Assembly: GCF_964030745.1 (NCBI RefSeq)
Contig: NZ_OZ034918.1
Span: 360,001 to 392,000, forward strand
Direction of reading: 5' to 3'
DNA: 32,000 nucleotides
DNA from: Candidatus Saccharimonadota bacterium
GTDB lineage: Bacteria > Bacteroidota > Bacteroidia > Cytophagales > Amoebophilaceae
Of the stretch, positions 8,125-16,498 are shown in pieces (the first letter of the stretch is position 1; every line of letters begins with the position of its first letter). A program made the position numbers and the translations under genes. A model generated the notes under the pieces. The model was not told the origin of the DNA. It saw only the letters and a list, made by a program, of their open reading frames with translations, and searched no databases.

Positions 8125-8581
8125 TGGAGCTGGAGGGAATCGAACCCTCGTCCGAACAAGAAAACCACAACGCTTTCTACATGCTTAGTCACTGTTTATT
8201 GTCGGCACAACCAAGGTCAGCAACACACCTGATGTTACGCTTATGCGCGCTTATAATTTATGCCACCATCACGCCCCTGATGGCACTAGCCCTATGCATC
8301 GATGCCCCTTATGCTGACCCCATAGAACAAAAACCAGCGGGACAAATTCCCCTTAATCTATCGATTAAGCAGCTAGAAGCATTGCACCTTCTTCTCCTTC
8401 TTCATCCTCGTTTTCATTTTTTCTTCGAGTTTGAGAAGCAAAGGTAACGCTCCAGCGGGAATTGTTGATTACAGCTAAGTTGCCGTTTATCTACTATGTA
8501 AGTTTTATATGAGAGGTAATACTTACAACACCTCGCATGCTTACATTGGATTTAACCTTCCCGTCAATTCCAGTCAACCCC
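8125..8581 (-). ncRNA. ssrA: tmRNA (SsrA), about 457 nt
   Basis: On the reverse strand:
- The 5' end is GGGGTTGACTGGAATTGACGGG.
- The 3' end is GGACGAGGGTTCGATTCCCTCCAGCTCCA.
- The acceptor stem GGGGUUG/CAGCUCC has a G3:U wobble, the Ala identity element.
- The conserved GTAAGCATGC is present.
- A PK1-like pairing is present (GAGGT/ACCTC interleaved with GTAAGT/ACTTAC).
- The tag frame ends ...CTA GCT GCT TAA TCG (..LAA*).
- CCA is not encoded. Confidence 0.85.
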
Positions 8582-8879
8582 AATGTGTTGTTAAATCCCT
8601 AAACAATATAGGTACATGCCAATTTAATACTATTTATTCGCACCACAAAATACTAAACAATGCTTTCTTGTAAAGAAGTTTACAACTATAAGCGTTCTTT
8701 TCTAAAACGATACGTGGCATCATTTGGATTCTACCATAGATTTACATACCTTGCCAAAGCAAATCTGTAAGAGATTACTCCGTATTGGAGTGTGCTCCAG
8801 GGGGCTAGTGCAACAGAGCCCCTAGCAGAAAGAAATATAAAAGCAAAAGTTTTGTTTATCTATTAAGATTATTCATACT

Positions 8880-9038
8880 ATGAAAAGAACATTTCAACCA
8901 TCACTTAGAAAAAGAAGCAATAAACATGGTTTCAGAGAACGTATGTCCACTGCTAATGGCCGTGCAGTATTGGCCAGAAGGCGTGCCAAAGGAAGGGTCA
9001 AATTAACCGTTTCTGATGAACCTAGGCACAAGCGCTAA
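8880..9038 (+). CDS. rpmH: 50S ribosomal protein L34
   Basis: 52-aa ORF, below the ORF-track cutoff: [52 protein letters not shown]. Canonical L34, directly upstream of rnpA. Confidence 0.95.
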   Translation: MKRTFQPSLRKRSNKHGFRERMSTANGRAVLARRRAKGRVKLTVSDEPRHKR

Positions 9039-9101
9039 TAGGCTTTTTTGAAGCGCACCCATGCTTTTCAAAAAACCTAATATTGTCTTTTGCGACTGGA
9101 T

Positions 9102-9506
9102 ATGGGACAAAACAACCTGCCCAAGTGTCATAGACTAACCAACCGGAAGTATATAAAAATGCTTTTTCAGGAGGGCAGCGTTGTTAAGTTATACCCCTGC
9201 ACTGTCTTTTACCTACAAAAAAGCAAAGAACTGTTTTTATGCAATCAAGTTCTTTTTACTGCCTCTAAACGGCACCTCCGTTCTGCTGTACAGCGTAATA
9301 AAGTGAAGCGCTTGCTGAGAGAAACCTACCGTACCAATAAAAATATACTAGAAGATACTTTAGCTACCACCCATTCTAAATTTGTCTTTTTAATAGGATA
9401 TGTGTATACTGGAAAAAAGGAAGAAATCCACTATCCTATTTTAAATAAGACTGTTATTAAATCGTTGCAACATTTTAGCGCTTTGCTAAATAAAGAACTA
9501 GTTTAG
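9102..9506 (+). CDS. rnpA: Ribonuclease P protein component
   Basis: LPKCHRLTNRKYIKMLFQEG...ASKRHLRSAVQRNKVKRLLRETYR is the RnpA RNR motif. It follows rpmH. The track ORF starts at TTG 9090, but the first ATG at 9102 is preferred. Confidence 0.85.
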   Translation: MGQNNLPKCHRLTNRKYIKMLFQEGSVVKLYPCTVFYLQKSKELFLCNQVLFTASKRHLRSAVQRNKVKRLLRETYRTNKNILEDTLATTHSKFVFLIGYVYTGKKEEIHYPILNKTVIKSLQHFSALLNKELV

Positions 9507-9611
9507 TGGTTTTTTGCATAGCACCTATTGCTGTTTCGCATGGTTCTAATAATTGAAGTCCTGCTGTTTCTTATATGGAAAATTGGACGGGTGACTGTGG
9601 GGTAAATCCTT

Positions 9612-12600
9612 ATGCAAACACATTTTTCAGCAATATTGACAGGACCGGCAATGCATATGGACAGTCTTATTTTTATTCTTTTCTTATTGATTAGCCTGCT
9701 TGTTGGCATCCGTTCCACTATGCATGCTACTATCCAAACTACTCGCTTTGCTACCGCTCATATTATAACGGCCATCTTAGCCATAACCTATGGTGGAGAA
9801 GTGTTGTGTTATCCGTTCCATATAGGTGGCTTACTAAGCTTGACAGGCAGTGCGATGAGCTATTTTATAATAGGTACGCTGCTGGCACATCGCTTGCATC
9901 TTTTTTTAAATAATCGTTCAGTCGCAGAAATAATGGGGCAACTCTATGGCAACTCTATTCAAAAAATTGTAGCCATATGTGGTATATGTTATAGTGTTGC
10001 CATAGCTGCCATACAGTGCAAACTGTTGGGAATGGCGCTATGCTGGTGCTTTGCTATGCCAGCAGACTATAGTCTGCTTATATCCATGTGCTTGATAGTT
10101 TGTAGTATTGGATCTAATACTATCCAATCGTTAGCACTGGCCAGTGTGGTGCGTTGTGCTGCTTTTGGTCTATTGTTGCCCACCATCGCTTGGGCTTTAT
10201 GGAAAGGTATGGTAGCGCAATATAATGCTGATCCAATCAACCTTGCACTAGCCGTTAAGCGCTCCTGGCATAACTTGATCCATAGCCATGGTACGCCACT
10301 GGGCTGTATGGCTTATTTTGTCGCTTTTGCCATACCTGCTTTCTACCCTGCTCAGGTAACACCTATTTTAATGGCCCAAAATGCCACCCAAATAAAACGC
10401 TCCTTGAATGGAGCTGGTTTTTTCTCATTAAGCATCAACTTACTTTTGCTATGGGTTGCGTTGTTGGCACAACACCATTCTGATAAATGGATGCTATCGG
10501 CCATTGCTCTTGCTGGTGGTTACACAGGGTTAAAAGGGCTCTTTATGGTAGGTGTTGCTGCTTTAACCATCTCTACAGCAGGCGCAAACTTGCATGCCGC
10601 CACGGGTTTAATGACCAATGATCTGCCAAACCTGTTTAAAGGGACTAAAAAGCCCATTATCTGTCAGATTATAGTAGGGATAATGGCATTACTTCTTGTA
10701 CAATACACTCAAGGACAAATGATGTGGAAGGCCATTGTTTTATTTAAATCCGTTGTAAGTCTACCATTACTACTTGCTTTAATTGGTATTTCCTTGCATC
10801 CATACGCCGTTTTAATGGGTATGCTAGCAGGTGGCATAACTGGTATGGCTCGATTCTATTTTGTACCTCATGAAGGTGTGCATAGTTTACTCCCAGCCAT
10901 TATGATGAACCTACTGACTATGATGGGTATGCAACTTTTGCAAAGCAAGCAAAAAACAAATCCACCCGACATAACCAATGGATTAACAGAAGAACCAATG
11001 GTTACGCCACCATCATTATGGAGGCGGTGGTGTAGATATATTTGCATAAAGCACTTTAATCTTTGGAACTATCTACAATTACCTAAGGACAGTTTACCTT
11101 ACATACTTTTTAGCTTTTATATACTCCTAACAGGTTATGGTGCTTTGTATACCTTTTCCAGCAACCTGATATGGGATACTAGATTAGAGGCACTTATCCT
11201 TTTCCCCAGCCTCTTTGTTGCCACATTTTTCTTAACCTACACTTCTATTTCACCCCCACCATATGTTCGTAAAGTTGCTGCAATAATATGGCCTTTAAGC
11301 CATATTTATTTTCTTTTTTTGATAGGTACTGGTATGGCTATGCTGAGCAAATTTGCTCATTTACATGACATCATTTTGATATTCAACCTCTGCTTATCTA
11401 TATTTATTAGCCCATTGATCGTGCTATTACTGGGATGTGTATTGAGCGCAGGAGTAGTCTGGGTCATCCTCCACTATATGGATTGCAATAACACATTGAT
11501 AACCTGCTTCTTAGATCTAAACCTAAATATCATCTATGCAATATTGATGTTATTCGTTTTCGTTGGTGGCCTGCTATACTACAATCGAGCCTTAAACAAA
11601 CGTTTAGCTATCATACAAGCGTTAACCAACGAACAAGAAGAGCAAAATGGAAGGCAATTTTTTAATAAACAACAAGTAGAAGCACTGGCTTACGAAAGTA
11701 GCTATATCATATCTCAACTGAATCATCAGTTGATTCGATTAGAACAGTCGAAAGAAGCATTCTTTGCTTATGCAGATCAAGCCATTAGGCTAAAAAAATA
11801 TTTTAACAGCATTTTTCAACACCTAAAACACAATCTTCATTTAGTGACCAATTGGATTAGTATTGATCAACTATTAGCTCAATGTTTCGATTCCATAAAA
11901 ATTAGCAATATATATGATACACCATATGTAATGATCCATACCAAACACCTCTACATACAGTGTGCTATAGAAAATATCAAAAATCTAATTATCAGCAGTT
12001 TATACTCCTGCAGCACACATGAATCTTTACATAGTACCCAAAGAAAGGATATCTATATGTATATAGATGATACACAATTAGGCTATCGCCTTACACTTTT
12101 ACAAGGAAAATTACAAAAAATCAATGCAATCAGCTTTGTCATCACCACTGCCATACAGCCACCTGCCATACGTCCGATCTACAAAGTAGCAGAAATGGCA
12201 GACATTCAAATCTTAGATGAAAATAAAGAAAAAATAGATTCTGAGAACCAACATATTGTACATGCACATTATGGTTACTATGAGCGGCTTTGTTCTGAGG
12301 CAGAAATCACTCATTTATATGTAATACCTGTAAATGTGAAAGAGATCACTAAAGCATTTGCTACGCTTTCGCCTGTTGTCTATACACAAAAGATGGTATT
12401 AGACCCAGTCAATATGAAAGAAGAAACAGCTTTTCTAGAGCGGGTTAAAAAGAAAAAAGGCATCCATCTTGATGCAGTGATGGATGCATTACAACTCATT
12501 AAAGTGTATTATACCACACAAAGGAGAAAAACAGGAGAATTATTTTATTTACACCCGATGGCAGTAGCCTCTATTTTACTGACTATAACGGACGATTCTA

Positions 12601-12995
12601 GTGTGATTATTGCTGGATTAGTCCATGACATCATACAAAACACACCCTTTACAGAAGCAGGCTTAACAACCCTATTTGGCGCTTCTATTACACAAATTGT
12701 ATTGACTGCAGCCTGCTTAGAAAAATTATTACCCCACCAAAAAGAAGATTATGCCACCTATATCAAACAGATTATGCGTAGTAAAAATCATAATGCCCTG
12801 CTGGTTAGGCTGGCAGACGTGCTACATAACGCAAGAACCATTTCTGGACATACTATTGAAAAACAGATAGAAAAATCAAAACTCATTCAAACATTTTATC
12901 TACCATTAGCCACGCAATTACAACTAGTCAATATAGCCCACGAGCTGGCATTACATAGTGAAAAGGTATTACACCTGGCTATGGTAAAGGATTAG
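9612..12995 (+). CDS. Large polytopic membrane protein with C-terminal SpoT/Mesh1-type HD domain (putative membrane sensor; ED dyad replaced by QN)
   Basis: 1127 aa.
- About aa 15-460: many TM helices with a sodium:solute-symporter-like flavour (RSVAEIMGQLYGNSIQKIVAI).
- About aa 490-640: a second TM block.
- About aa 650-930: a cytoplasmic coiled-coil and alpha/beta region.
- About aa 960-1120: aligns by eye with the RelSeq hydrolase domain. RKTGELFYLHPMAVASIL...GLVHDIIQNT...LVRLADVLHNARTI matches RKSGEPYIIHPIQVAGIL...GFLHDVVEDT...LVKLADRLHNMRTL. Confidence 0.8.
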   Translation: MQTHFSAILTGPAMHMDSLIFILFLLISLLVGIRSTMHATIQTTRFATAHIITAILAITYGGEVLCYPFHIGGLLSLTGSAMSYFIIGTLLAHRLHLFLNNRSVAEIMGQLYGNSIQKIVAICGICYSVAIAAIQCKLLGMALCWCFAMPADYSLLISMCLIVCSIGSNTIQSLALASVVRCAAFGLLLPTIAWALWKGMVAQYNADPINLALAVKRSWHNLIHSHGTPLGCMAYFVAFAIPAFYPAQVTPILMAQNATQIKRSLNGAGFFSLSINLLLLWVALLAQHHSDKWMLSAIALAGGYTGLKGLFMVGVAALTISTAGANLHAATGLMTNDLPNLFKGTKKPIICQIIVGIMALLLVQYTQGQMMWKAIVLFKSVVSLPLLLALIGISLHPYAVLMGMLAGGITGMARFYFVPHEGVHSLLPAIMMNLLTMMGMQLLQSKQKTNPPDITNGLTEEPMVTPPSLWRRWCRYICIKHFNLWNYLQLPKDSLPYILFSFYILLTGYGALYTFSSNLIWDTRLEALILFPSLFVATFFLTYTSISPPPYVRKVAAIIWPLSHIYFLFLIGTGMAMLSKFAHLHDIILIFNLCLSIFISPLIVLLLGCVLSAGVVWVILHYMDCNNTLITCFLDLNLNIIYAILMLFVFVGGLLYYNRALNKRLAIIQALTNEQEEQNGRQFFNKQQVEALAYESSYIISQLNHQLIRLEQSKEAFFAYADQAIRLKKYFNSIFQHLKHNLHLVTNWISIDQLLAQCFDSIKISNIYDTPYVMIHTKHLYIQCAIENIKNLIISSLYSCSTHESLHSTQRKDIYMYIDDTQLGYRLTLLQGKLQKINAISFVITTAIQPPAIRPIYKVAEMADIQILDENKEKIDSENQHIVHAHYGYYERLCSEAEITHLYVIPVNVKEITKAFATLSPVVYTQKMVLDPVNMKEETAFLERVKKKKGIHLDAVMDALQLIKVYYTTQRRKTGELFYLHPMAVASILLTITDDSSVIIAGLVHDIIQNTPFTEAGLTTLFGASITQIVLTAACLEKLLPHQKEDYATYIKQIMRSKNHNALLVRLADVLHNARTISGHTIEKQIEKSKLIQTFYLPLATQLQLVNIAHELALHSEKVLHLAMVKD

Positions 12996-13443
12996 TGATT
13001 TCTTTTAAGCAAGAAACTTGTATGCTATTTTTTTCTTGATAAAGTGCCGTGGAGAAAGGTGATGCCACGTAAAAATTTTACCATTAATGCTGTTGACTAC
13101 TTTCAAGAAATAGAAGCGCATGACATGGAAGTAAATCGTTGATCTGTGTGGATGCTGCCGCTTATATTCCGCAACAGGAGATTTTTGAAAATATGCCGAA
13201 GCCTCGCTCTAATTAGCAATTGCTATAGTCCATTTTCTAGTCATATAATGGCATTACCAGCTTAGATATAACCGCTTTATATCTAGCATTTTTCTTGTAT
13301 AATGCATACAAATTAAGATATTAGGGGTATTGTGGCATTCCGGTAAAGGAATGAGGCGTTTTTACTATACGCTAAATTTTATATCGGCAGCTATAAGCAG
13401 AAACCACCATTGGATGATTGGTCAGTTAGTAACATTTTTTATA

Positions 13444-14190
13444 ATGCATTTAAAAGGAAAAAAAATATTTATTACAGGTGCTTCACGAGGCATTGGCAAG
13501 GCGATTGCACTTAAACTAGCAGCAGCAGGGGGAGATATTGCTTTCACCTATTTTGGATCTGATTTGCAATCTGTACAAGCTACAGAAACAGCATTACGTA
13601 GCTTTGGGGTAGCGGTAAAGTCCATCCATGCAGATGCCTCTGATTTTAAAGCTACCCATAAAGTCGTAGAAGATGTGGTAGAGACATTTGGTGGATTAGA
13701 TGTATTGATAAACAATGCAGGCATCACTAGAGATAACTTACTGTTACGCATGGGAGAAGCCGATTGGGATACAGTATTAAATGTAAATTTAAAATCTGTT
13801 TTTAATACCGTGAAGGCATCGATAAAAACCTTCCTCAAGCAACGTAGTGGTTCTATTATCAACATAGCATCTATTGTAGGCATTAGCGGCCATGCCGGAC
13901 AAGCCAATTATGCTGCCTCCAAGGCGGGTATCATTGGTTTTACCAAATCCATTGCTTTAGAGTTAGGCAGCAGAAACATACGTGCCAATGTTATTGCACC
14001 CGGCTTTATAGCAACTGCCATGACAGATCAACTTGAGGCCTCACTCCAACAGGAATGGGTTCAAAAGATTCCACTTAAGCGCGTGGGCCTTCCAGAAGAT
14101 GTAGCGGAGTGTGCGCTCTTTTTGGCTTGCGATGCATCCAGCTACATCACAGGACAGGTTATTCAGGTAGATGGGGGGCTGCTTACATAG
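13444..14190 (+). CDS. fabG: 3-oxoacyl-[ACP] reductase
   Basis: MHLKGKKIFITGASRGIGKAIA...NNAGITRDNLLLRM...SIVGISGHAGQANYAASKAGIIGFTKS...GQVIQVDGG. An SDR with FabG-type motifs. The track ORF extends upstream to 13330, but Met39 (13444) gives the canonical N-terminus. Confidence 0.93.
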   Translation: MHLKGKKIFITGASRGIGKAIALKLAAAGGDIAFTYFGSDLQSVQATETALRSFGVAVKSIHADASDFKATHKVVEDVVETFGGLDVLINNAGITRDNLLLRMGEADWDTVLNVNLKSVFNTVKASIKTFLKQRSGSIINIASIVGISGHAGQANYAASKAGIIGFTKSIALELGSRNIRANVIAPGFIATAMTDQLEASLQQEWVQKIPLKRVGLPEDVAECALFLACDASSYITGQVIQVDGGLLT

Positions 14191-15064
14191 CTTCTATAGC
14201 TAACGCAGGGGCTATTTTTCGGGTTAACCCTTGTAAAACAGCTCCTGGCCCGCATTCAACAAATGCTGTAATCCCATCCGCTATCATATGGTTAATGGTT
14301 TTGGTCCAATAAATAGGTGCCACAAGCTGTTGGATTAGGTTTTCCTTGATGGTTTGCGGATCGGTAACAGCCTGTCCAGTAACATTTTGATAAATGGGAC
14401 AGATGCCTTTAGAAAAGGAGATCGATGAGAGTACCGCTGCAAGACTTTCCTGAGCATGCACCATCAGCGGAGCATGAAACCCTCCTTCTACTTGGAGTGG
14501 TATTACCTTGCGCGCACCTGCTTGGGTTAAAGCTGCCATGGCCAACGCTACCCCCGCCTGACTTCCAGAAATAACCAACTGCCCTGGACAATTGTAATTA
14601 GCTGGTACCACTACTTCTTGCGTAATGGTTGCACAAATTTCTTCCACCACCTCATCCCTAAGACCAAGTACAGCAGCCATGGTCCCAGGACAAAGCTGAC
14701 AAGCTTGCTCCATCGCTTTAGAACGGACAGCTACCAGATGCAGCCCCTCTTCAAATGGCATCACGCCACTGGCTACTAAAGCTGATATTTCGCCTAAAGA
14801 ATGGCCTGCTACAGCCGCTGGATGAAACGAATCACTCACCAAGGCTGTAACAACTGAATGTAAAAAAATAGCAGGTTGCGCAACCGTAGTTGCTTTTAAA
14901 GCCTCCTGGGAGCCTTCTAGCATCAGGTAAGTCAAATCCATATCTAAAATATGGTCAGCTGTTTCAAACATTTGACGTGCTTGCCTGCTATGGTGATAGA
15001 GCACTTTGCCCATCCCTACATATTGACTCCCTTGACCAGGAAATAAATAACCTTTCATATACAC
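14183..15064 (-). CDS. fabD: Malonyl-CoA:ACP transacylase
   Basis: 293 aa with FPGQGSQYVGMG and the active-site GHSLGEISALVASG. Confidence 0.95.
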   Translation of the reverse strand: MYMKGYLFPGQGSQYVGMGKVLYHHSRQARQMFETADHILDMDLTYLMLEGSQEALKATTVAQPAIFLHSVVTALVSDSFHPAAVAGHSLGEISALVASGVMPFEEGLHLVAVRSKAMEQACQLCPGTMAAVLGLRDEVVEEICATITQEVVVPANYNCPGQLVISGSQAGVALAMAALTQAGARKVIPLQVEGGFHAPLMVHAQESLAAVLSSISFSKGICPIYQNVTGQAVTDPQTIKENLIQQLVAPIYWTKTINHMIADGITAFVECGPGAVLQGLTRKIAPALAIEAM

Positions 15065-15076
15065 AACAATATTTAA

Positions 15077-15550
15077 TTAACTTATATCTTGTAACCAATA
15101 AGGTGGAACCCTTTTTGTATAGGTCAACAAATGCTTTTTGCCTAACGCATAAAAACGCCTGTAGCTTGCAACAGGATCCTCTATAATTTTGTATGCATCA
15201 GGCATGGTTAAAGGTCGCGTTGTACAACCCACCAAGGGAAGGGGTGGTGGTGACAGTGACGCTGCAACAAGAAACGATTGATGAGGTATTGCCCGATTAA
15301 ATCGAAACTGATACTCTTCATTTAACGCAGCGGTTAAAAGCCTTAACCAACGCCAATTATCCAATGATTGACCTGCCCAAACAACACAAGGATGCCGTTT
15401 ATGCGTAGGTCGATAAGGTGCAGAGATGCCCGATTGATGGAGCACCGTACAAAGTATTTGCGTCGATTCCAATATCATTTTTACAACGTGACGGTCACAA
15501 TGATACTGAGCGCATTTTTTTACATCGCTATCTAAGTAAAAGATATTCAT
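15077..15550 (-). CDS. Conserved hypothetical protein (family I recall mainly from phage or viral genomes; function unknown)
   Basis: 157 aa, MNIFYLDSDVKKCAQYHCDRHVVKMILESTQILCTV...YRPTHKRHPCVVWAGQSLDNWRWL. The N-terminal motif (IFxLDxD..A...CD+HVVKMxLE..Q) looks familiar, but I cannot name the family. It lies 12 bp upstream of fabD on the same strand. Confidence 0.55.
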   Translation of the reverse strand: MNIFYLDSDVKKCAQYHCDRHVVKMILESTQILCTVLHQSGISAPYRPTHKRHPCVVWAGQSLDNWRWLRLLTAALNEEYQFRFNRAIPHQSFLVAASLSPPPLPLVGCTTRPLTMPDAYKIIEDPVASYRRFYALGKKHLLTYTKRVPPYWLQDIS

Positions 15551-15765
15551 TAATAAATCGCTTTTCCAGAAAGTAGCATCACTTTAAGTGGACAGTGATT
15601 CCTTACAATTTACACCAAAAAGTCAAATAATGGCCATTATCATGACAGCTACTGCATCCATTTTCTAGAAAATTATTATATTGCTGTGGCTAGTACAGCT
15701 GTGACCTATTTAGTAATTTTTTTTAACTTAGTTCTAGTTAGATCTCTTGCAAAAACTTTTTGTGT

Positions 15766-16449
15766 ATGGCTACCAACCCCATGGATAATAAATTTGGGTT
15801 ACCCAAACCAGACTTTCAAGCATTGCCTAAAAAAAAAGCGATATGGCCCCTACTGGTTATTTTAGGCATGATTGTCCTGCTTATTGCAGCTAAAATGGGG
15901 TATAATCTCTATATGAACATGCACAAGCATCCTACATCAGCTGTTGAGTCGGCTACTAAAGCAGCAAATAACAGGCCCGATTCCGAACAAACCAACGCTT
16001 CGGAAAAATCAGCACCTGCTACCACAACAGCTAAAACAAGAGCCCGTAAAGATGGCAATAAAACAGCTGATTCGTCTCTTGATGAGGCCGAAATATTTGA
16101 ACACAAACAAAACAAAAAAGTAACCAAAAGCATCAGTGCTACCCAAAAACAGCTAGCAGCTAAGCGGGCTAAGCCGTTGATCAAGCCAGGGACTTATCAA
16201 GCATTCAAGGAGCCACAAGGCATATACCACCTAGTGGTGGGTAGCTATCTAGACAAGTCGGCTGCCATGAAAGTAGTACAGGAGCTCATGAAAAAAAACT
16301 TAGGTGTCTGTCTGATTTTACCTAGAACCCAAAGGTCAGAAAAATACTATCGTGTTACCATAGGACATAGTAAAACGCAAGATGAAGCAGAAAAAAAACT
16401 AAAGCAGTTTGAGTCAAAATACAAAAATATTTTTATTTTAGAGTACTAA
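15766..16449 (+). CDS. SPOR-domain membrane protein
   Basis: One N-terminal TM (IWPLLVILGMIVLLIAA), a low-complexity linker, and a C-terminal SPOR-like fold (YHLVVGSYLDKSAAMKVVQELMKKNL...YYRVTIGHSKTQDEAEKKLKQF). Confidence 0.7.
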   Translation: MATNPMDNKFGLPKPDFQALPKKKAIWPLLVILGMIVLLIAAKMGYNLYMNMHKHPTSAVESATKAANNRPDSEQTNASEKSAPATTTAKTRARKDGNKTADSSLDEAEIFEHKQNKKVTKSISATQKQLAAKRAKPLIKPGTYQAFKEPQGIYHLVVGSYLDKSAAMKVVQELMKKNLGVCLILPRTQRSEKYYRVTIGHSKTQDEAEKKLKQFESKYKNIFILEY

Positions 16450-16465
16450 TCTCCCTTATATAGAT

Positions 16466-16480
16466 TGCGCCCTAGGCGCA
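16466..16480 (+). terminator. Candidate short GC hairpin terminator after the SPOR gene
   Basis: TGCGCC-CTA-GGCGCA: a 6-bp stem and 3-nt loop, followed by an A/T-rich tail. Weak. Confidence 0.3.
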
Positions 16481-16498
16481 CTAACTATTTATAATTTT

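Noticed and set aside
8125-8160. tRNA-like T-arm/acceptor sequence (GGTTCGATTCCCTCCAGCTCCA on the reverse strand) that could be read as a tRNA gene
   Set aside because: No anticodon or D arm lies directly upstream. The matching 5' acceptor strand is 450 nt away at 8575-8581, with tmRNA hallmarks between them. It is therefore the tRNA-like domain of ssrA, not a tRNA.
8076-8447. 123-aa plus-strand ORF, and the 64-aa and 66-aa ORFs at 7998-8232
   Set aside because: They lie antisense to or over the tmRNA gene and adjacent repeat DNA. They have no protein-like motifs. The tmRNA call explains the conservation-like structure.
8585-8879. Possible small RNA or replication-origin features between ssrA and rpmH (hairpin GGGGCT..AGCCCC at about 8801-8822)
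   Set aside because: There is one modest 6-bp stem, no recognisable DnaA boxes, and no known RNA family signature. This is insufficient evidence.
9503-9718. 71-aa minus-strand ORF after rnpA, and a possible decayed yidD on the plus strand (9507-9611)
   Set aside because: The minus-strand ORF overlaps the start of the large membrane protein and is Arg/Ile-rich noise. I translated all three plus frames looking for the YidD CRF.PTCS.Y / HP..GG.DPVP motifs and found only vague resemblance broken by stops. That is not enough to call even a pseudogene.
13050-13215. Short frames (MPRKNFTINAVDYFQEIEAHDMEVNR; ..VDAAAYIPQQEIFENMPKP) that faintly resemble the DDE region of IS630/Tc1-type transposases
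   Set aside because: The fragments are only about 25 aa each, lie in different frames, and have no terminal repeats that I can identify. The resemblance is too weak to annotate without a database search.
13330-13443. N-terminal 38-aa extension of fabG given by the ORF track
   Set aside because: The extension has no SDR counterpart. Met39 is followed 8 residues later by the canonical TGASRGIG Rossmann motif, so the shorter start is used.
13548-13907. 119-aa ORF antisense to fabG; ORFs at 14109-14312, 14409-14591 and 14890-15186 around fabD; ORFs antisense to gld genes (19645-19830, 19714-19971, 20443-20625, 20689-20874, 21232-21576); 15909-16184; 17683-17883; 18079-18345; 23477-23665; 29069-29974
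   Set aside because: Each overlaps a confidently identified gene on the other strand or in another frame, and none has recognisable motifs.
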